Below are positions 49,619-60,280 of a stretch of 64,000 bases of DNA, piece by piece; within the stretch, counting starts at the first letter, position 1, and each line of letters starts with the position of its first letter. The translations under genes and the position numbers were made by a program. The notes beneath the pieces were generated by a model. The model searched no databases. It was not told the origin of the DNA and saw only the letters and a program-made list of their open reading frames with translations. This stretch comes from Candidatus Bathyarchaeia archaeon (GTDB taxonomy: Archaea; Thermoproteota; Bathyarchaeia; Bathyarchaeales; Bathycorpusculaceae), in contig JBEKKK010000002.1 in NCBI GenBank assembly GCA_050010755.1, positions 32,001 through 96,000 of the forward strand, given 5' to 3'.

Positions 49619-50326
49619 CTAAAGCCTCGCGCGCGCTAGCGCGTAAGGCCGATCGTGCATTTTGGCTTCGGCATTGTTTTCTTTTGCCTCCTTGTTCCAG
49701 CCTCGACCGCCGAATAGACGCGTCATACTCTTCGCCAGAAAAAGCGGGAGGAAGAGGGCGGAAGCCAGGTCTTCAGCTTCTTCTGACATGGGCTGGCCTT
49801 CTGAAAGGTTGACGGAAGCTAACGAAAGACCTCTCGTGAGTTTCCTGGTCATTCCCTTCTTCTCATCCAACGGTTCGCTATTTAGGGCCATACCCGAGCC
49901 GACGCGGATTCCGCCTCCCCATTCAAGATTTGACTCTTGAGCAAAGTTGCGGATGATTTTGAGGGCGATGTCCATGTGTTCCTTTTCTGGGAAGCCGCTG
50001 TTCATGACGGCAACTAACATCTGCGTTTTCGTTGGAGACACAGCCTTTCGATGTTCATGAATCAGTTCCAAGACTCTGATAGTTGAAGAGGGCAAGCTGT
50101 CAACGTACAGTGGAGTGGCAAGGATTATCACGTCAGCGTTATCAACGGAACCCAACAGTTTCTCAGTGCCTTCACACGTTTTCACTAAGCGAGTGGCAAA
50201 CGCCTCTTCAACTACTAGACTCTTTTCCTCCAGTTTGTCTGCCAGAAATTTTCCGATTACATGAGAGTTGCTTCTTTCGCATCTCGGGCTTGCCGTCAGA
50301 AGCAGGACGTTTCTAGGCTGGCTCAT
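49619..50326 (-). CDS. Flavodoxin-like NAD(P)H-dependent oxidoreductase
   Basis: ASPR..SNS, ATPLYVDSLP, NSGFPE. Confidence 0.82.
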   Translation of the reverse strand: MSQPRNVLLLTASPRCERSNSHVIGKFLADKLEEKSLVVEEAFATRLVKTCEGTEKLLGSVDNADVIILATPLYVDSLPSSTIRVLELIHEHRKAVSPTKTQMLVAVMNSGFPEKEHMDIALKIIRNFAQESNLEWGGGIRVGSGMALNSEPLDEKKGMTRKLTRGLSLASVNLSEGQPMSEEAEDLASALFLPLFLAKSMTRLFGGRGWNKEAKENNAEAKMHDRPYALARARL

Positions 50327-50895
50327 GATATTACCTCCACCTTCTTCAGTTGTTCCTCAACGAAGGCGGGTATCTTTTCCGCATTTTCACCACGCTGAAA
50401 CACGCTCGCAGAATAGGCAGGAGGCCGAAAATTGAGCCTGTTCCGTTCGACTAGCGCTACAAACGTTTCTTCATAATCCATGCCCGATTCTTGCACTCCG
50501 ATGACTAGGAGTCTCGGATATTTCTTGTAGCGCATCTTGTGATGAATTTGCCCGTGATATGTTTGGAAATATGGCAACAAGATCGGTATGATGCGATCAA
50601 GTGCCTTCTTCAGTTCAGAGGAGTATCCGCCGAAGGTAACTGGGGTCAGCCACACCATCAGATCGCTCTGGATGGCTTTTCCAGTCGTTTCCCTCCCATA
50701 GTCATCGATCACGCAGGTTCCCGGAGTCTTGACCCAACAGCCGAAACAGCCTACGCAAGGAGCGATCTGCATGTTGCGCAGTTCGATGGGCTCAACGTTC
50801 CAGCCCTCTTCGATCAACTGATCGGCAATGTTTTTTTCTATTGCGTTAATTGTCAGATCGCCTTCTTTGGCTCCGTTAAAGATTACGGCTTTCAT
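50323..50895 (-). CDS. Iron-sulfur flavoprotein/flavodoxin family
   Basis: CVGCFGCW.KTPG.C, TPVTFGGYS..LK..LDR. Confidence 0.88.
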   Translation of the reverse strand: MKAVIFNGAKEGDLTINAIEKNIADQLIEEGWNVEPIELRNMQIAPCVGCFGCWVKTPGTCVIDDYGRETTGKAIQSDLMVWLTPVTFGGYSSELKKALDRIIPILLPYFQTYHGQIHHKMRYKKYPRLLVIGVQESGMDYEETFVALVERNRLNFRPPAYSASVFQRGENAEKIPAFVEEQLKKVEVIS

Positions 50896-51563
50896 TTTTT
50901 TGGCCCTCCTATCTTGGTTTGAGTGTTCTCTAGCGAACGGCGCAACGCTTGCAGCGTGAACTTCATTGTGGCGTCTTTGTCTACACCTGCCTGTCTCAGA
51001 AGCATCTCGAAAGCTGGTGGAAGCAGTATCATGGCTCTGGTCGACTGAGCGAGGAAAATCGATGTCTGTATCGAATTCACGTCGGGTTTTATGGAGCCGT
51101 CCTTTATGCCCTTGATCACGGCGTTTAGTAATATTTCGAGGTTTTCGTAGTTTACTTTCATCAATTCCGCTGCGTTTGGGTCGTCGCTGGTTGCAACGGG
51201 CAGGCTTTCTGCTTCTTCAAACATGCGAAAATAGTGCGGTTGGCGCTTGTAGAACTCATAATAGGCTTCGCCTATTGCAAAGGCTTTTTCCAATCCGCTC
51301 CGGCTTCGGCCTGCTGCGTCCTTAAACATCGCGTTCATTGTGTGAACCCCTCTTAGAGCGACGGCTGAGTACAAGGCTTCTTTGCTCTTGAAGTACAGGT
51401 ATACTGTGCCCTTCGCAAGCTGGGACTTCTTCGCAATTTCCTCAATGGTTATTTCGTCATAACGTTTAGAGAAGAAAAGCGTCTGGGCAGCATCTACAAT
51501 GAGCTTGCGGCGTTGCTCTTTCTCCCTTTCTTTCCTTTTGCGGGTTGACATTGTGACCGACAT
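50892..51563 (-). CDS. TetR/AcrR transcriptional regulator
   Basis: TIEEIAKKSQLAKGTVYLYFKSKEAL. Confidence 0.93.
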   Translation of the reverse strand: MSVTMSTRKRKEREKEQRRKLIVDAAQTLFFSKRYDEITIEEIAKKSQLAKGTVYLYFKSKEALYSAVALRGVHTMNAMFKDAAGRSRSGLEKAFAIGEAYYEFYKRQPHYFRMFEEAESLPVATSDDPNAAELMKVNYENLEILLNAVIKGIKDGSIKPDVNSIQTSIFLAQSTRAMILLPPAFEMLLRQAGVDKDATMKFTLQALRRSLENTQTKIGGPKK

Positions 51564-51567
51564 CCAT

Positions 51568-51602
51568 TAATTGACTAACAGTCAATTACTGACCAACAGT
51601 CA
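51568..51602. promoter_or_regulatory. Putative TetR operator pair
   Basis: TAATTGACT-aac-AGTCAATTA and TGACCaacAGTCA just upstream of tetR. Confidence 0.75.
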
Positions 51603-51667
51603 CAAAGTCCTATAAAAACCTATCCATCCAGAACAATGATTCAACTCGAAACACTCGCACTTCCGTG

Positions 51668-51707
51668 CGCACCATCATTGAACACTCTGCTGTCAATGAA
51701 ATTGACC
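51668..51707 (+). pseudogene. 40-bp relic of a tRNA-end/int(C) junction
   Basis: CGCACCATCATTGAACACTCTGCTGTCAATGAAATTGACC closely matches 27513-27554. Confidence 0.75.
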
Positions 51708-52218
51708 AGCGCGGCTAGTCAACGCTAAAACTGCAGAAGATTCAAGCAGGAACAATTGAATGGTTTTGAAAAGGATCCGAAAAAACTACAGGAAAATTTA
51801 GCGAACATTCAAGGATGGATAAGGGAAATTGAAGCCTTGTTGAATGCGTTTACACTTTAGCGCGCGCGGAATCTCCTTTCTATATACGGAAACATGTCCT
51901 CAATAGATTATTTGCAGATTACAGATTAGTCGGTTTGATACTTTCTAGGATTAGCGAACGCTTGAGGATGAGAAGAATGAAGGGGAAGACGAAGAAGAGG
52001 AAAACAAAAGGCGTGGAAGTTGTCTCCGATACTATCAATTGCTTATTAGCGTTTGAACTTGATGGCGATTCTCGCTGTGCCGGAGATGCCTGCCTTAGTG
52101 GCTGTTAAAACAGTGGGGTCTCACTTTCAAAAGAGTATCCTCGCCATCGGATAGAGCTGATTCAGCTCGCCCTATGACGCTCAAATGAAAGCTTCCGCCC
52201 GCGCTCATCTTGTCTCGT

Positions 52219-52929
52219 TTATATCTGTTCGGCAGAGCTGGAAGCGAGTACTGATGAATTGAATCCTTTGATTATCAGCCATACCGCAAGAACCATTTCT
52301 TGCACGGCTATTGGAAGAGCCAAAACGACCTGGCCCGTCGACAAAGGCCCTATGACGCTGAACATGACCAATAGGCCTGCTATCATTGTCAACGTGGCTC
52401 CGACAAGACCCCAAACTGATAACCATCGAGGGACAAGTCTCGTTTGATAGAATATGACATAATACATCAGAGCACCCAAGCAAAAAGCCAGCAGCGACCC
52501 CACATTGCCCACCCAGTGATATCCTGCTAGCAGCAATGCGCCCAAGGTTTGATAATACGATGAACTCGGAGCTCCAGCGCTTACGAATTCTTTGCTCAAT
52601 GTTATCAGTAATAGCAGGCCCATCACGCCTACGATATAGAACACTCCTTCAATAAGCCTGAAACCGACAGCTCCAAGAGCCAGACCTTCATTGTATTTTT
52701 TCAGTATTGGATACAGCGAAATTGCAATACTGGCCGATGCAGCAGCAGCGATAAACGCAAGAAGGGCTCCTGCTGTTACTTGGTTTCCATTTGTAGAAAC
52801 ACTAACAAGATAATTCGAAGCATTGATAGGTTCCAAAAACGGCAAGCTCAGTATACTCGCAACCGTCGCAATTATGAACAATACTCCTGCAATTACCGCT
52901 ATCTTCTTGGCCGTATTCATTTCGTCCAC
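52219..52929 (-). CDS. DUF4386 family membrane protein
   Basis: AGVLFIIAT, RLIE, LVPRWLSVWG, E..LA.WLI.KGF. Confidence 0.85.
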   Translation of the reverse strand: MDEMNTAKKIAVIAGVLFIIATVASILSLPFLEPINASNYLVSVSTNGNQVTAGALLAFIAAAASASIAISLYPILKKYNEGLALGAVGFRLIEGVFYIVGVMGLLLLITLSKEFVSAGAPSSSYYQTLGALLLAGYHWVGNVGSLLAFCLGALMYYVIFYQTRLVPRWLSVWGLVGATLTMIAGLLVMFSVIGPLSTGQVVLALPIAVQEMVLAVWLIIKGFNSSVLASSSAEQI

Positions 52930-53247
52930 TCTTTTCGGTTAATAGCATACTATTCACTTAAAACCTTCCGTCGGCCCGATCTCATTTCCCGCAGTTGCTC
53001 CTGCAAGTGCGTTCGTGAATCATTGATTTACGACTTCAGAAAAGCGTTCAGTGGGAGCGAGTTTCTCTGCTCGCTTTGCAGAAAGAACAACGTCACTCTC
53101 CTTCACAGCGGCGAGCGCGCCATAAACTTTTTGTAAAACGAACCATTTTACTCTCCTATCCGTCCACAACCCTGACTCCGCACGCGTACCGGTTTTGGGG
53201 AAAAGTTATAGCTGAACCGAAAGTAATTGGCTTGAAGGGTGTTCTGA

Positions 53248-53775
53248 TTGCTTGAGGGTAAACTTGTGAATCTGAGGGTTGTGGAGAAAGAAGACTTGCC
53301 GTTATTAGCTGAGTGGCGCAACGATCTTGAGTTTTTCGGTGAATTCGAGCGGTTTCCACAGCTTTCTCGAGCGGAGTTGGAAAGGAGGTACGACGCTCTC
53401 ACCTCTGACGATAAGTGGTTCTTCATAGAGAAAAAAGACGGCACGAAAATTGGGATTGCCACCCACGGTTTGACAGGAAACCTCCTCGAAATAGGATATA
53501 TCCTCGTTCCGAATGAGAGAGGAAAGGGCCACTGCACGGAAGCCGTGAAAATAATGGTTGATTACCTGTTTCTCAGCAAAGACACAGTGCGCATCCAAGC
53601 CGCAACTGTCACAGGAAATGTAGCCTCTCAGAAGGTCCTGAAGAAAGCTGGCTTCAAGAAAGAAGGAACACTTCGGAAAAGCTACTTCCTGAGAGGCGAA
53701 TGGACAGACAGCCTAATCTACAGCATCCTCAGAGAAGAATGGAAAGAACCAAAAATACTGACAAAAACCGCTTAA
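53248..53775 (+). CDS. RimJ/RimL-type GNAT acetyltransferase
   Basis: EIGY, RGKG..TEA, NVASQKVL.K.GF..EG. Confidence 0.9.
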   Translation: MLEGKLVNLRVVEKEDLPLLAEWRNDLEFFGEFERFPQLSRAELERRYDALTSDDKWFFIEKKDGTKIGIATHGLTGNLLEIGYILVPNERGKGHCTEAVKIMVDYLFLSKDTVRIQAATVTGNVASQKVLKKAGFKKEGTLRKSYFLRGEWTDSLIYSILREEWKEPKILTKTA

Positions 53776-54014
53776 AGAAAGCTAATTTGATAAAAACCTG
53801 GCTTGCGCCCACGCGATGTATCGGTTGTTTTGGCAGTTTTGATTTTAACTTTTTCCATGATTCGCTTTTCATATCCTCTCGCGCCCCACATTACGGACGT
53901 GACGGAGACTCAAACGAGGTAAGACCTGCCGTACCAACAGTTGGAACGGTGCAGTACTAATGCCTAGGATTAACTAGGAGACTCTAATCTAGAACTAGCA
54001 TGGAGTGAGATTGA

Positions 54015-55142
54015 ATGAACATGACAAAAATCAAATTTTCGGTTTTGGCAATCGTTTTGCTGATAAGCTTCGCATCCTTGATATGTTTCAGCTCATTATC
54101 CCTGGCTCAGACAGGTTCTTACAATAGCGTGCAGGTGTTCATCCAGACGGCCAGCAGCCTTCCAGACTACTTCACCCTCTCCGCCTTCAACACGACCGGC
54201 TACATGGTTTCTTCATGCCAAACTCAATATCCAGCAGCCTCGTTCGAGCTTCCCAACGGGCAATACATATTCACCGTCACGGCTGATCAATCCGGCAATA
54301 ACATCTACTACTCACCCGCGCCCATGGTAGGCACAAATATCGCACAGGGCGTCCCATCATTACAAATCTACGAAGCGCCAGTCGTAGAGTATGGCTACTG
54401 GGTTCAGCAGATATCCGGCCCCACAACATTCACAATCTCAACGCAGAACGTCACATCATATCCAACGACCACGCTCACGATACAGGTTTCTTACGCCAAC
54501 GGAACAGCAGCTCAAGGCGCATCCGTGACCGCATCCATCCTCGGATCCGACTACTACTGGGGCTACGAAAGCAACACCGTCATGTGGAACACCACCCAAG
54601 CCGACGGCTCGGCCACCCTCGTGACGCCATTGGCACCCGTCCAAATCGACGCTTGGAACTGGATACCCGTATCGCTACCCCAAAATGAGACAACCATCAC
54701 CGTCACAGTCGCAGGCGAACAGGTCAATGTAACCGTCTACTGGCAGCCAACCTACGTCGGACTAGCGGCTTCAACGCTAATTCTTCCCCCCCAGAACAGT
54801 GCCCAACTCGTCCTGCACGTCCAACAGCCCAGCTACTGGGCAGTGCCGCTCGGAATCCAATCAACCCCGACGCTCGGAGGACAAGCAACAGCCTCATCAA
54901 GCCCCACATCAATCCCCGCCACCGTATACCAGCAACAACAAGGAAACCCCATCCTGAAAAACTACCAAGCCCCCTCAACCACGTCCTCGACAACAACACC
55001 GACTCAAGCACCAGCATCAGACCCCGATCCAGGCAACGGCCCGCTGTTGATAATCATAGCTGGAGCAAGCATAGCCATAGCAGCAGTGAGCCTGGCAGTC
55101 GCAGTTAGAACCAGAACCCGAGAACAAAAAAGCAAAACCTAA
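54015..55142 (+). CDS. Secreted, C-terminally anchored hypothetical protein
   Basis: Signal peptide, T/S/P-rich linker, C-terminal TM. Confidence 0.75.
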   Translation: MNMTKIKFSVLAIVLLISFASLICFSSLSLAQTGSYNSVQVFIQTASSLPDYFTLSAFNTTGYMVSSCQTQYPAASFELPNGQYIFTVTADQSGNNIYYSPAPMVGTNIAQGVPSLQIYEAPVVEYGYWVQQISGPTTFTISTQNVTSYPTTTLTIQVSYANGTAAQGASVTASILGSDYYWGYESNTVMWNTTQADGSATLVTPLAPVQIDAWNWIPVSLPQNETTITVTVAGEQVNVTVYWQPTYVGLAASTLILPPQNSAQLVLHVQQPSYWAVPLGIQSTPTLGGQATASSSPTSIPATVYQQQQGNPILKNYQAPSTTSSTTTPTQAPASDPDPGNGPLLIIIAGASIAIAAVSLAVAVRTRTREQKSKT

Positions 55143-55154
55143 ATTTCGCGCATG

Positions 55155-55658
55155 CTACTCTGCCAGTTTCTTTTTCAAGAATTCCCTTCTCTCTTTTCTT
55201 TCCAGTTTCTCGATTTCCGCTCTGTATTTCTGGCTAATCAGATTCAGCTTACAGTTCGTGTACAGCGCATCGTAAACAGGGCTTGCCTTGGCAATGGTTT
55301 CATAATCGTCTCTTGAAACAATGCCGAAACCGGTCATGACGGCTTCCAACCCGGCTGCTTCAGGAGCCATTTCCAACTTGTCCGTGTCGGCGGCTTGCAC
55401 AATTCTCGCTAAATCCAAGACCGCCTGATCCTTAATATCGTATTTCTCAACTATTGCGTTGAAACTGCATTTATCGCCATGATGGCCAAGCTCGACGCCC
55501 GGTGCGTCATACGGTATTGCCTTCTCTTTTTTGACGGTTTCACCGATCTTCTCTGCTGGAACGAAGAGGAATTCAGCTTTCGGATCGATAAATCGTTTTA
55601 TTAACCATGGACACGCGGTTCTGTCCACGTGCACGAACTGCCTCGTTACCCACTTCAT
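55155..55658 (-). CDS. Chromate resistance protein ChrB-like domain
   Basis: MKWVTR...DRTACPWLIKRFID, YD.PG.E..H.GD.CSF; ATG 55658. Confidence 0.88.
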   Translation of the reverse strand: MKWVTRQFVHVDRTACPWLIKRFIDPKAEFLFVPAEKIGETVKKEKAIPYDAPGVELGHHGDKCSFNAIVEKYDIKDQAVLDLARIVQAADTDKLEMAPEAAGLEAVMTGFGIVSRDDYETIAKASPVYDALYTNCKLNLISQKYRAEIEKLERKERREFLKKKLAE

Positions 55659-55848
55659 GCTTTTGAGCCTCCACACATCCTTTTCACACATACGCAGATT
55701 AACTACTTTACGCAAAAGAAAACGACAAGAACGAAATCCACACGGAGCCCGAATCGATGGCATCCGACGGCAAGTCTGAGAAAAGAGACGTAAAAGACAG
55801 CAAAATGTAGGAGAACCGCGTCAAAATGATTTCAAGCTGGTTCAGAGC

Positions 55849-57081
55849 ATGAATCTGACGTCTGACAAAATGGGAAAAACTGTCTTTTGGACACTCTGCA
55901 TAATGGGAGTATTCGCAATCCTGAGCTCGACGATGTCCAAGACTCTGCTCAACCCCTTTGCTGCTGCGCTGGGCACGCCCACTGTTTGGTCAGGCTTTGT
56001 GGGTGCGGCTTCAACCATACCGGGCATTCTAGTCAGTCTCCCCGCCTCTTCACTATCCGACATCTACGGCAGAAAAAAGTTTCTGCTGGTTTCCGGCTTC
56101 GTGTTTGCGAGCGCACCTTTCCTTTACCTTTTCATATCAACATGGTGGCAACTCATACTCGTCAGATTCTACCACGGGTTCGCAACTGCCATCTTCATTC
56201 CCGTGGCCGAAGCCTCAATGGCCGAGATGTATCCGTCACAGCGAGGAGAACGCATCTCACTCTTCACCTCTGCAACGTACGTCGGCAGAAGCATAGCACC
56301 TTTCCTCGGCGGCTATATACTGTTCAGCACCGCAAGCACTTCCGACCCCCTGTACAACTATCACGTCATGTACCTCGCGGTCGCAGCGGCCGGACTGGCT
56401 GCCTTCATCATGGCACTGCTGTTTCTAGCCCAGAGAAAGCCGCCTGTCGCTGCCGCGTCGAGAAACCGAGACAATCTAAGGCGGATGTATGCTGGGTGGG
56501 GCGCCTTGGCCAAGAATCGTGCCGTGTTGGCCGTCAGTTTCGTGCAGGCCAGCTTGTACTACTCCTTCGGTATAGTGGACTATTTTCTCTCAGGATACTT
56601 GAAGGATACACTGCATTTTGACTTCTTCTCAACGGCCGCCGTTTCGGGCAGCATCATCGTGCTTGCCCTCTTCGTCAGGGCTTACATGGGAAGAGTCTCG
56701 GACAGAACGGGAAGACGGACACCGATAATCGTCGGTCTACTAGTGTGTTCCGCCCCGCTAATAATGCTGCCATACACTTCAGACCTTAGGATAATCTTAC
56801 TGCTCTCGCTCACGTATGGATTTGGCTTCGCTACGGCCACAGCATCCACTTGCCCTCTGATGACAGAGCTTGCACCGAGCCAATTCGTTGGCACTTCAAC
56901 AGGTTTTCTGGACACCATGATGGATGTGGGGCAGACGATTGGCCCCATAATCGGCGGGTTCATCCTTGGAACGACCCTTGGATACGTTGGCCTGTTTCTA
57001 TCGCCCACTCTGGTTCTGCTCTCTGCCTGCCTAGTTTTTGCGCTGTCAGGAGCTGCCAACAGAAAAAACCAACTGCGTTGA
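55849..57081 (+). CDS. MFS transporter
   Basis: 12 TM, SDIYGRKK and SDRTGRR motif A. Confidence 0.92.
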   Translation: MNLTSDKMGKTVFWTLCIMGVFAILSSTMSKTLLNPFAAALGTPTVWSGFVGAASTIPGILVSLPASSLSDIYGRKKFLLVSGFVFASAPFLYLFISTWWQLILVRFYHGFATAIFIPVAEASMAEMYPSQRGERISLFTSATYVGRSIAPFLGGYILFSTASTSDPLYNYHVMYLAVAAAGLAAFIMALLFLAQRKPPVAAASRNRDNLRRMYAGWGALAKNRAVLAVSFVQASLYYSFGIVDYFLSGYLKDTLHFDFFSTAAVSGSIIVLALFVRAYMGRVSDRTGRRTPIIVGLLVCSAPLIMLPYTSDLRIILLLSLTYGFGFATATASTCPLMTELAPSQFVGTSTGFLDTMMDVGQTIGPIIGGFILGTTLGYVGLFLSPTLVLLSACLVFALSGAANRKNQLR

Positions 57082-57525
57082 GGTCTAATGTCTCATCACT
57101 GAGGTTACGTAAGCGCTATCACTTCCGCTGATCGTTCGGAATAAGCTTGAGCGCGCGCTACGAGTTGTGCTCAGCACCGGCAAAAAATTTCAGATTCCCA
57201 CTGCACCGAACATGCCTTTCTTCGCCAGCTTGGCTCGAACGCCTCCTAGAATCCTTTCCGATGCGCCTATTCGCACCAAGAAATGATAGTATTGAAGAAG
57301 CATTCTATAATAGAGCAATTGCAAGCCAAGAAGAGTCAACTGCACTGCCATTCCAACAGCTCAATTGCAGTAGAGATTTGCAACTTATTAAAGATTTAGA
57401 AGGCGCACGCTACTACCCATAAACCCTTTTCCTGATTCATAGAAATCTCTAATCTGCACAGCAACAAAAGCGCGCCCGACTTAGGGCAGTGAACTGTAAG
57501 GATCAGAAGTCTTATATTTACAGCA

Positions 57526-58179
57526 TTGGAACAACCAGTTTGGCGAAAAATCACGTTAAAATCTGAGAATTCACCTCCCATTCCTCCACCACCTCCTACT
57601 CCTCCCCCATCAGGAGTAACGCCCAAGAGTCGCATGAAGCTTATCATTGCTTCCACACTCATAATCGTCGTTGTAATCGCAGCCGTTCTAGGCTACTGGC
57701 TATTGTTCAGATCTGGAGGAGGAAACCAGTCATGGATTTTCAAAGGAGCCTACGCGAACTATCAGGGACAGGAAACGCTAACAGGCTTGAATTACACTAT
57801 AAACATGACGATTCACATGGAAGTCTTGGGCTTCAACAGCACAGACGTGGAGATACTCTCAAACACTACGTCAGAAACGGCATTAGGAACGCCCTTCAGC
57901 TACAATTATACATCGTGGATGCTTCGCACCAGCGCTAACGACTTCAACGTCGAAGGCGGAAATTTGACTAACAGCTATGACACAACCATCACATTGAGCA
58001 ACTTGGGAAAACGCAACTGCATAGCCTATGAATACTCGATCGCAGGAACAAATGAGATCATGACAGTATACGTTGACAAAACAGTAGACTTTCCAGTCGA
58101 GTGGAGCGTGACTTCAACAGGAACCCCCAGCCTCAACTTTGACGTAACCCTAGTCTCAACAAACATACCTGGCCTGTAG
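57526..58179 (+). CDS. Membrane-anchored hypothetical protein with Pro-rich N-terminus
   Basis: PPPPP tract, TM, W.F.GAYA.Y; start uncertain. Confidence 0.7.
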   Translation: MEQPVWRKITLKSENSPPIPPPPPTPPPSGVTPKSRMKLIIASTLIIVVVIAAVLGYWLLFRSGGGNQSWIFKGAYANYQGQETLTGLNYTINMTIHMEVLGFNSTDVEILSNTTSETALGTPFSYNYTSWMLRTSANDFNVEGGNLTNSYDTTITLSNLGKRNCIAYEYSIAGTNEIMTVYVDKTVDFPVEWSVTSTGTPSLNFDVTLVSTNIPGL

Positions 58180-58325
58180 TTAACGCAGTGTTATGAGAAT
58201 ATGTCAGAAGCGTTACCATCAGCAAAGCGCCCGCACTCCTGAAAGGGTTTTAAGATATGTCTGACTTTATTTCACCGTTTTCGTACTTCAGGAGTAGCGT
58301 CAAAAAGCCAGCAATAAGCTAAACG

Positions 58326-58937
58326 ATGCTAGCGCGCGCTAGTGTTAAATATAGCGAATCAGAAACGAGCAAGCTGAAGGCGAAGTCTTTGAAGGAAATC
58401 GAGTTGAAACTTCTCATTGAGCTTTTGAGGGGAAGTCGGAGAAGCGACAGAGAATTGTCAAAAGTATTGGGGATTTCCCAGCCTACTGTTTCGAGAGTCA
58501 GGTTGAGGCTTGAGAAGGAAGGCATAATCAAGGAATACACTATAATTCCCGATTTTGCAAGTCTCGGTTTCCAATTAATGTCCGTGACCTTTCTCAAGTT
58601 TGCAGGGCCACTTTCTAGCGAAGGGCTCGAAAGCCTGAGAAAAAACAGTCAGAAACTGAAGGAAAACTATCCTTCCGCAACCATACTTGCCCTAAGCGGA
58701 ATGGGCATGGACGGCCAACGTGTAATCCTGACTTACCACAAGGACTACTCAGAATACGTTGCCTTTGTAAAGAATGCAAAGAGTGAGCGCGCTCCAGAAA
58801 TCGTCAGTGAAATCAGAAGCTTCCTCGTAGATTTAAATGACAAGAGCAATTTCATGCCCCTAACATTCTCGTACATGGCCAAGTACCTCCAGAAGACCAA
58901 TGGAAACTCAGAGAAAGCCCACGCGCCTTCCACTTGA
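58326..58937 (+). CDS. Lrp/AsnC-like winged-HTH regulator
   Basis: SRRSDRELSK.LGISQPTVSR...LEKEGII..YT; true start probably ~58374-58389. Confidence 0.85.
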   Translation: MLARASVKYSESETSKLKAKSLKEIELKLLIELLRGSRRSDRELSKVLGISQPTVSRVRLRLEKEGIIKEYTIIPDFASLGFQLMSVTFLKFAGPLSSEGLESLRKNSQKLKENYPSATILALSGMGMDGQRVILTYHKDYSEYVAFVKNAKSERAPEIVSEIRSFLVDLNDKSNFMPLTFSYMAKYLQKTNGNSEKAHAPST

Positions 58938-59064
58938 AAACGAATTTGCCGATGATCCGCGTTGCAAGTCCTTGATTAGCGCGCGCCAACCAGACAGACA
59001 AGACTTCGTGCCCACAAATCTATTTCAATACTGAACGGGATATGTTTTGTGCGGATGCGTGCAC

Positions 59065-59412
59065 ATGGAAGCTGAGTTCGGCTGGATAAAAGTGAACGGA
59101 GTCAGATACGAAAAAGACATCATCATACACACCGACGGCACGATAACTAAAAGAGAAAAGAAAAAATCCCGAGATCTAAAGCCCAAGTACGGTCACACTC
59201 CTCTCTCTGAACGCGAGCTCATGTTCCTTGAAAATGAAAAGCCCGAAGTAGTGTACATCGGAACGGGCCATCAAGCAGCGCTGCCCATCACGCCTGAAGC
59301 CCAACAAATCCTGAAAAAATACGAAACCATCATCCTCCCCACACCCCAGGCAATTGAAAGAATAGACCAAGAGCACCGAAAACTAGCCGCACTCATACAC
59401 GTAACATGCTAG
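59065..59412 (+). CDS. Mth938-like (DUF498) protein
   Basis: FG.I.VNG..Y..DIII, PEVVYIGTG, PT..A, HVTC. Confidence 0.88.
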   Translation: MEAEFGWIKVNGVRYEKDIIIHTDGTITKREKKKSRDLKPKYGHTPLSERELMFLENEKPEVVYIGTGHQAALPITPEAQQILKKYETIILPTPQAIERIDQEHRKLAALIHVTC

Positions 59413-59492
59413 TGCCCGCTATTCTCCCAGTTCTCGCCAGCCTTATTACTCTATAAGACAATCATTTAATCGACCAAGGAGTAGGGATTGCC

Positions 59493-59793
59493 ATGAAAGT
59501 TCGGCTTAGTAAGGTAAACGTCTATTATGAGCCATTCGGGAATGGACGACCATTCGTTGGGCTGCACGGTTTTGGGCCTGATCATCGTTTAATGAAGGGT
59601 TGTCTTGCTCCTTGCGGGCCTGCAGGACTCTTCTGTCGGCTATTCCGCTGCCTGGTCTATAATGGACAAGTACCCTCGGATGACGTTCGCCCTACTGGAC
59701 AAAGCTGGCCATGACCTACAAATCGAACAGGAGACACTATTCAAAGCGCTCGTTAACGAGTGGCTCGACCGCGTCGAAGAATCCACACATTAG
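59493..59793 (+). pseudogene. Alpha/beta hydrolase pseudogene with internal deletion
   Basis: N-terminal G.GRP...LHGF joined out of frame to C-terminal G.QD..AGH.LQIEQ; nucleophile region missing. Confidence 0.8.
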
Positions 59794-59824
59794 ATGCTTC
59801 AAGCGCGTGCATGCTGAAAGGAGA

Positions 59825-60280
59825 TCATGACGTGGGTTGTTGCTCTATTTGTTTTATTTTCGTCTGTATATACTCTGCAACTTTCTTTTCGGAGTACGCT
59901 TGGTCTTCTTCTTGTTTCTTGAGTTCGTTTCTCACCGTTTGAAGCAAGATTGCCGGGTCCACTGGTTTGACGAGAAAGGCGTCAGCATGCTTGTTGACGG
60001 ACTCTATGGCATTAGCCGTTGAAGGGTATCCCGTGACCATTATCTTAGCCATCTTGGGAACGTTCTCCTTGAACGTGCTCAAAAGCGCCGTTCCATCCAT
60101 ATCTGGAAGTCGATAGTCTAACAAAGCTAAGTTGTAATAATTAGACCGTGCTTTTTCAATCGCTTCTTTCCCCGTTTCAACGACATCAACAATGTATCCT
60201 TCTTCCTCCAGGATAAAGGAAATCGTCGTTCTTATGCTGGAGTCATCGTCCACCACGAGAATTCGCTTGCGACCGTTCAA
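59825..60280 (-). CDS. Response regulator receiver protein
   Basis: ILVVDDD, LLDYRLPDMDG, VTG, KP. Confidence 0.95.
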   Translation of the reverse strand: MNGRKRILVVDDDSSIRTTISFILEEEGYIVDVVETGKEAIEKARSNYYNLALLDYRLPDMDGTALLSTFKENVPKMAKIMVTGYPSTANAIESVNKHADAFLVKPVDPAILLQTVRNELKKQEEDQAYSEKKVAEYIQTKIKQIEQQPTS

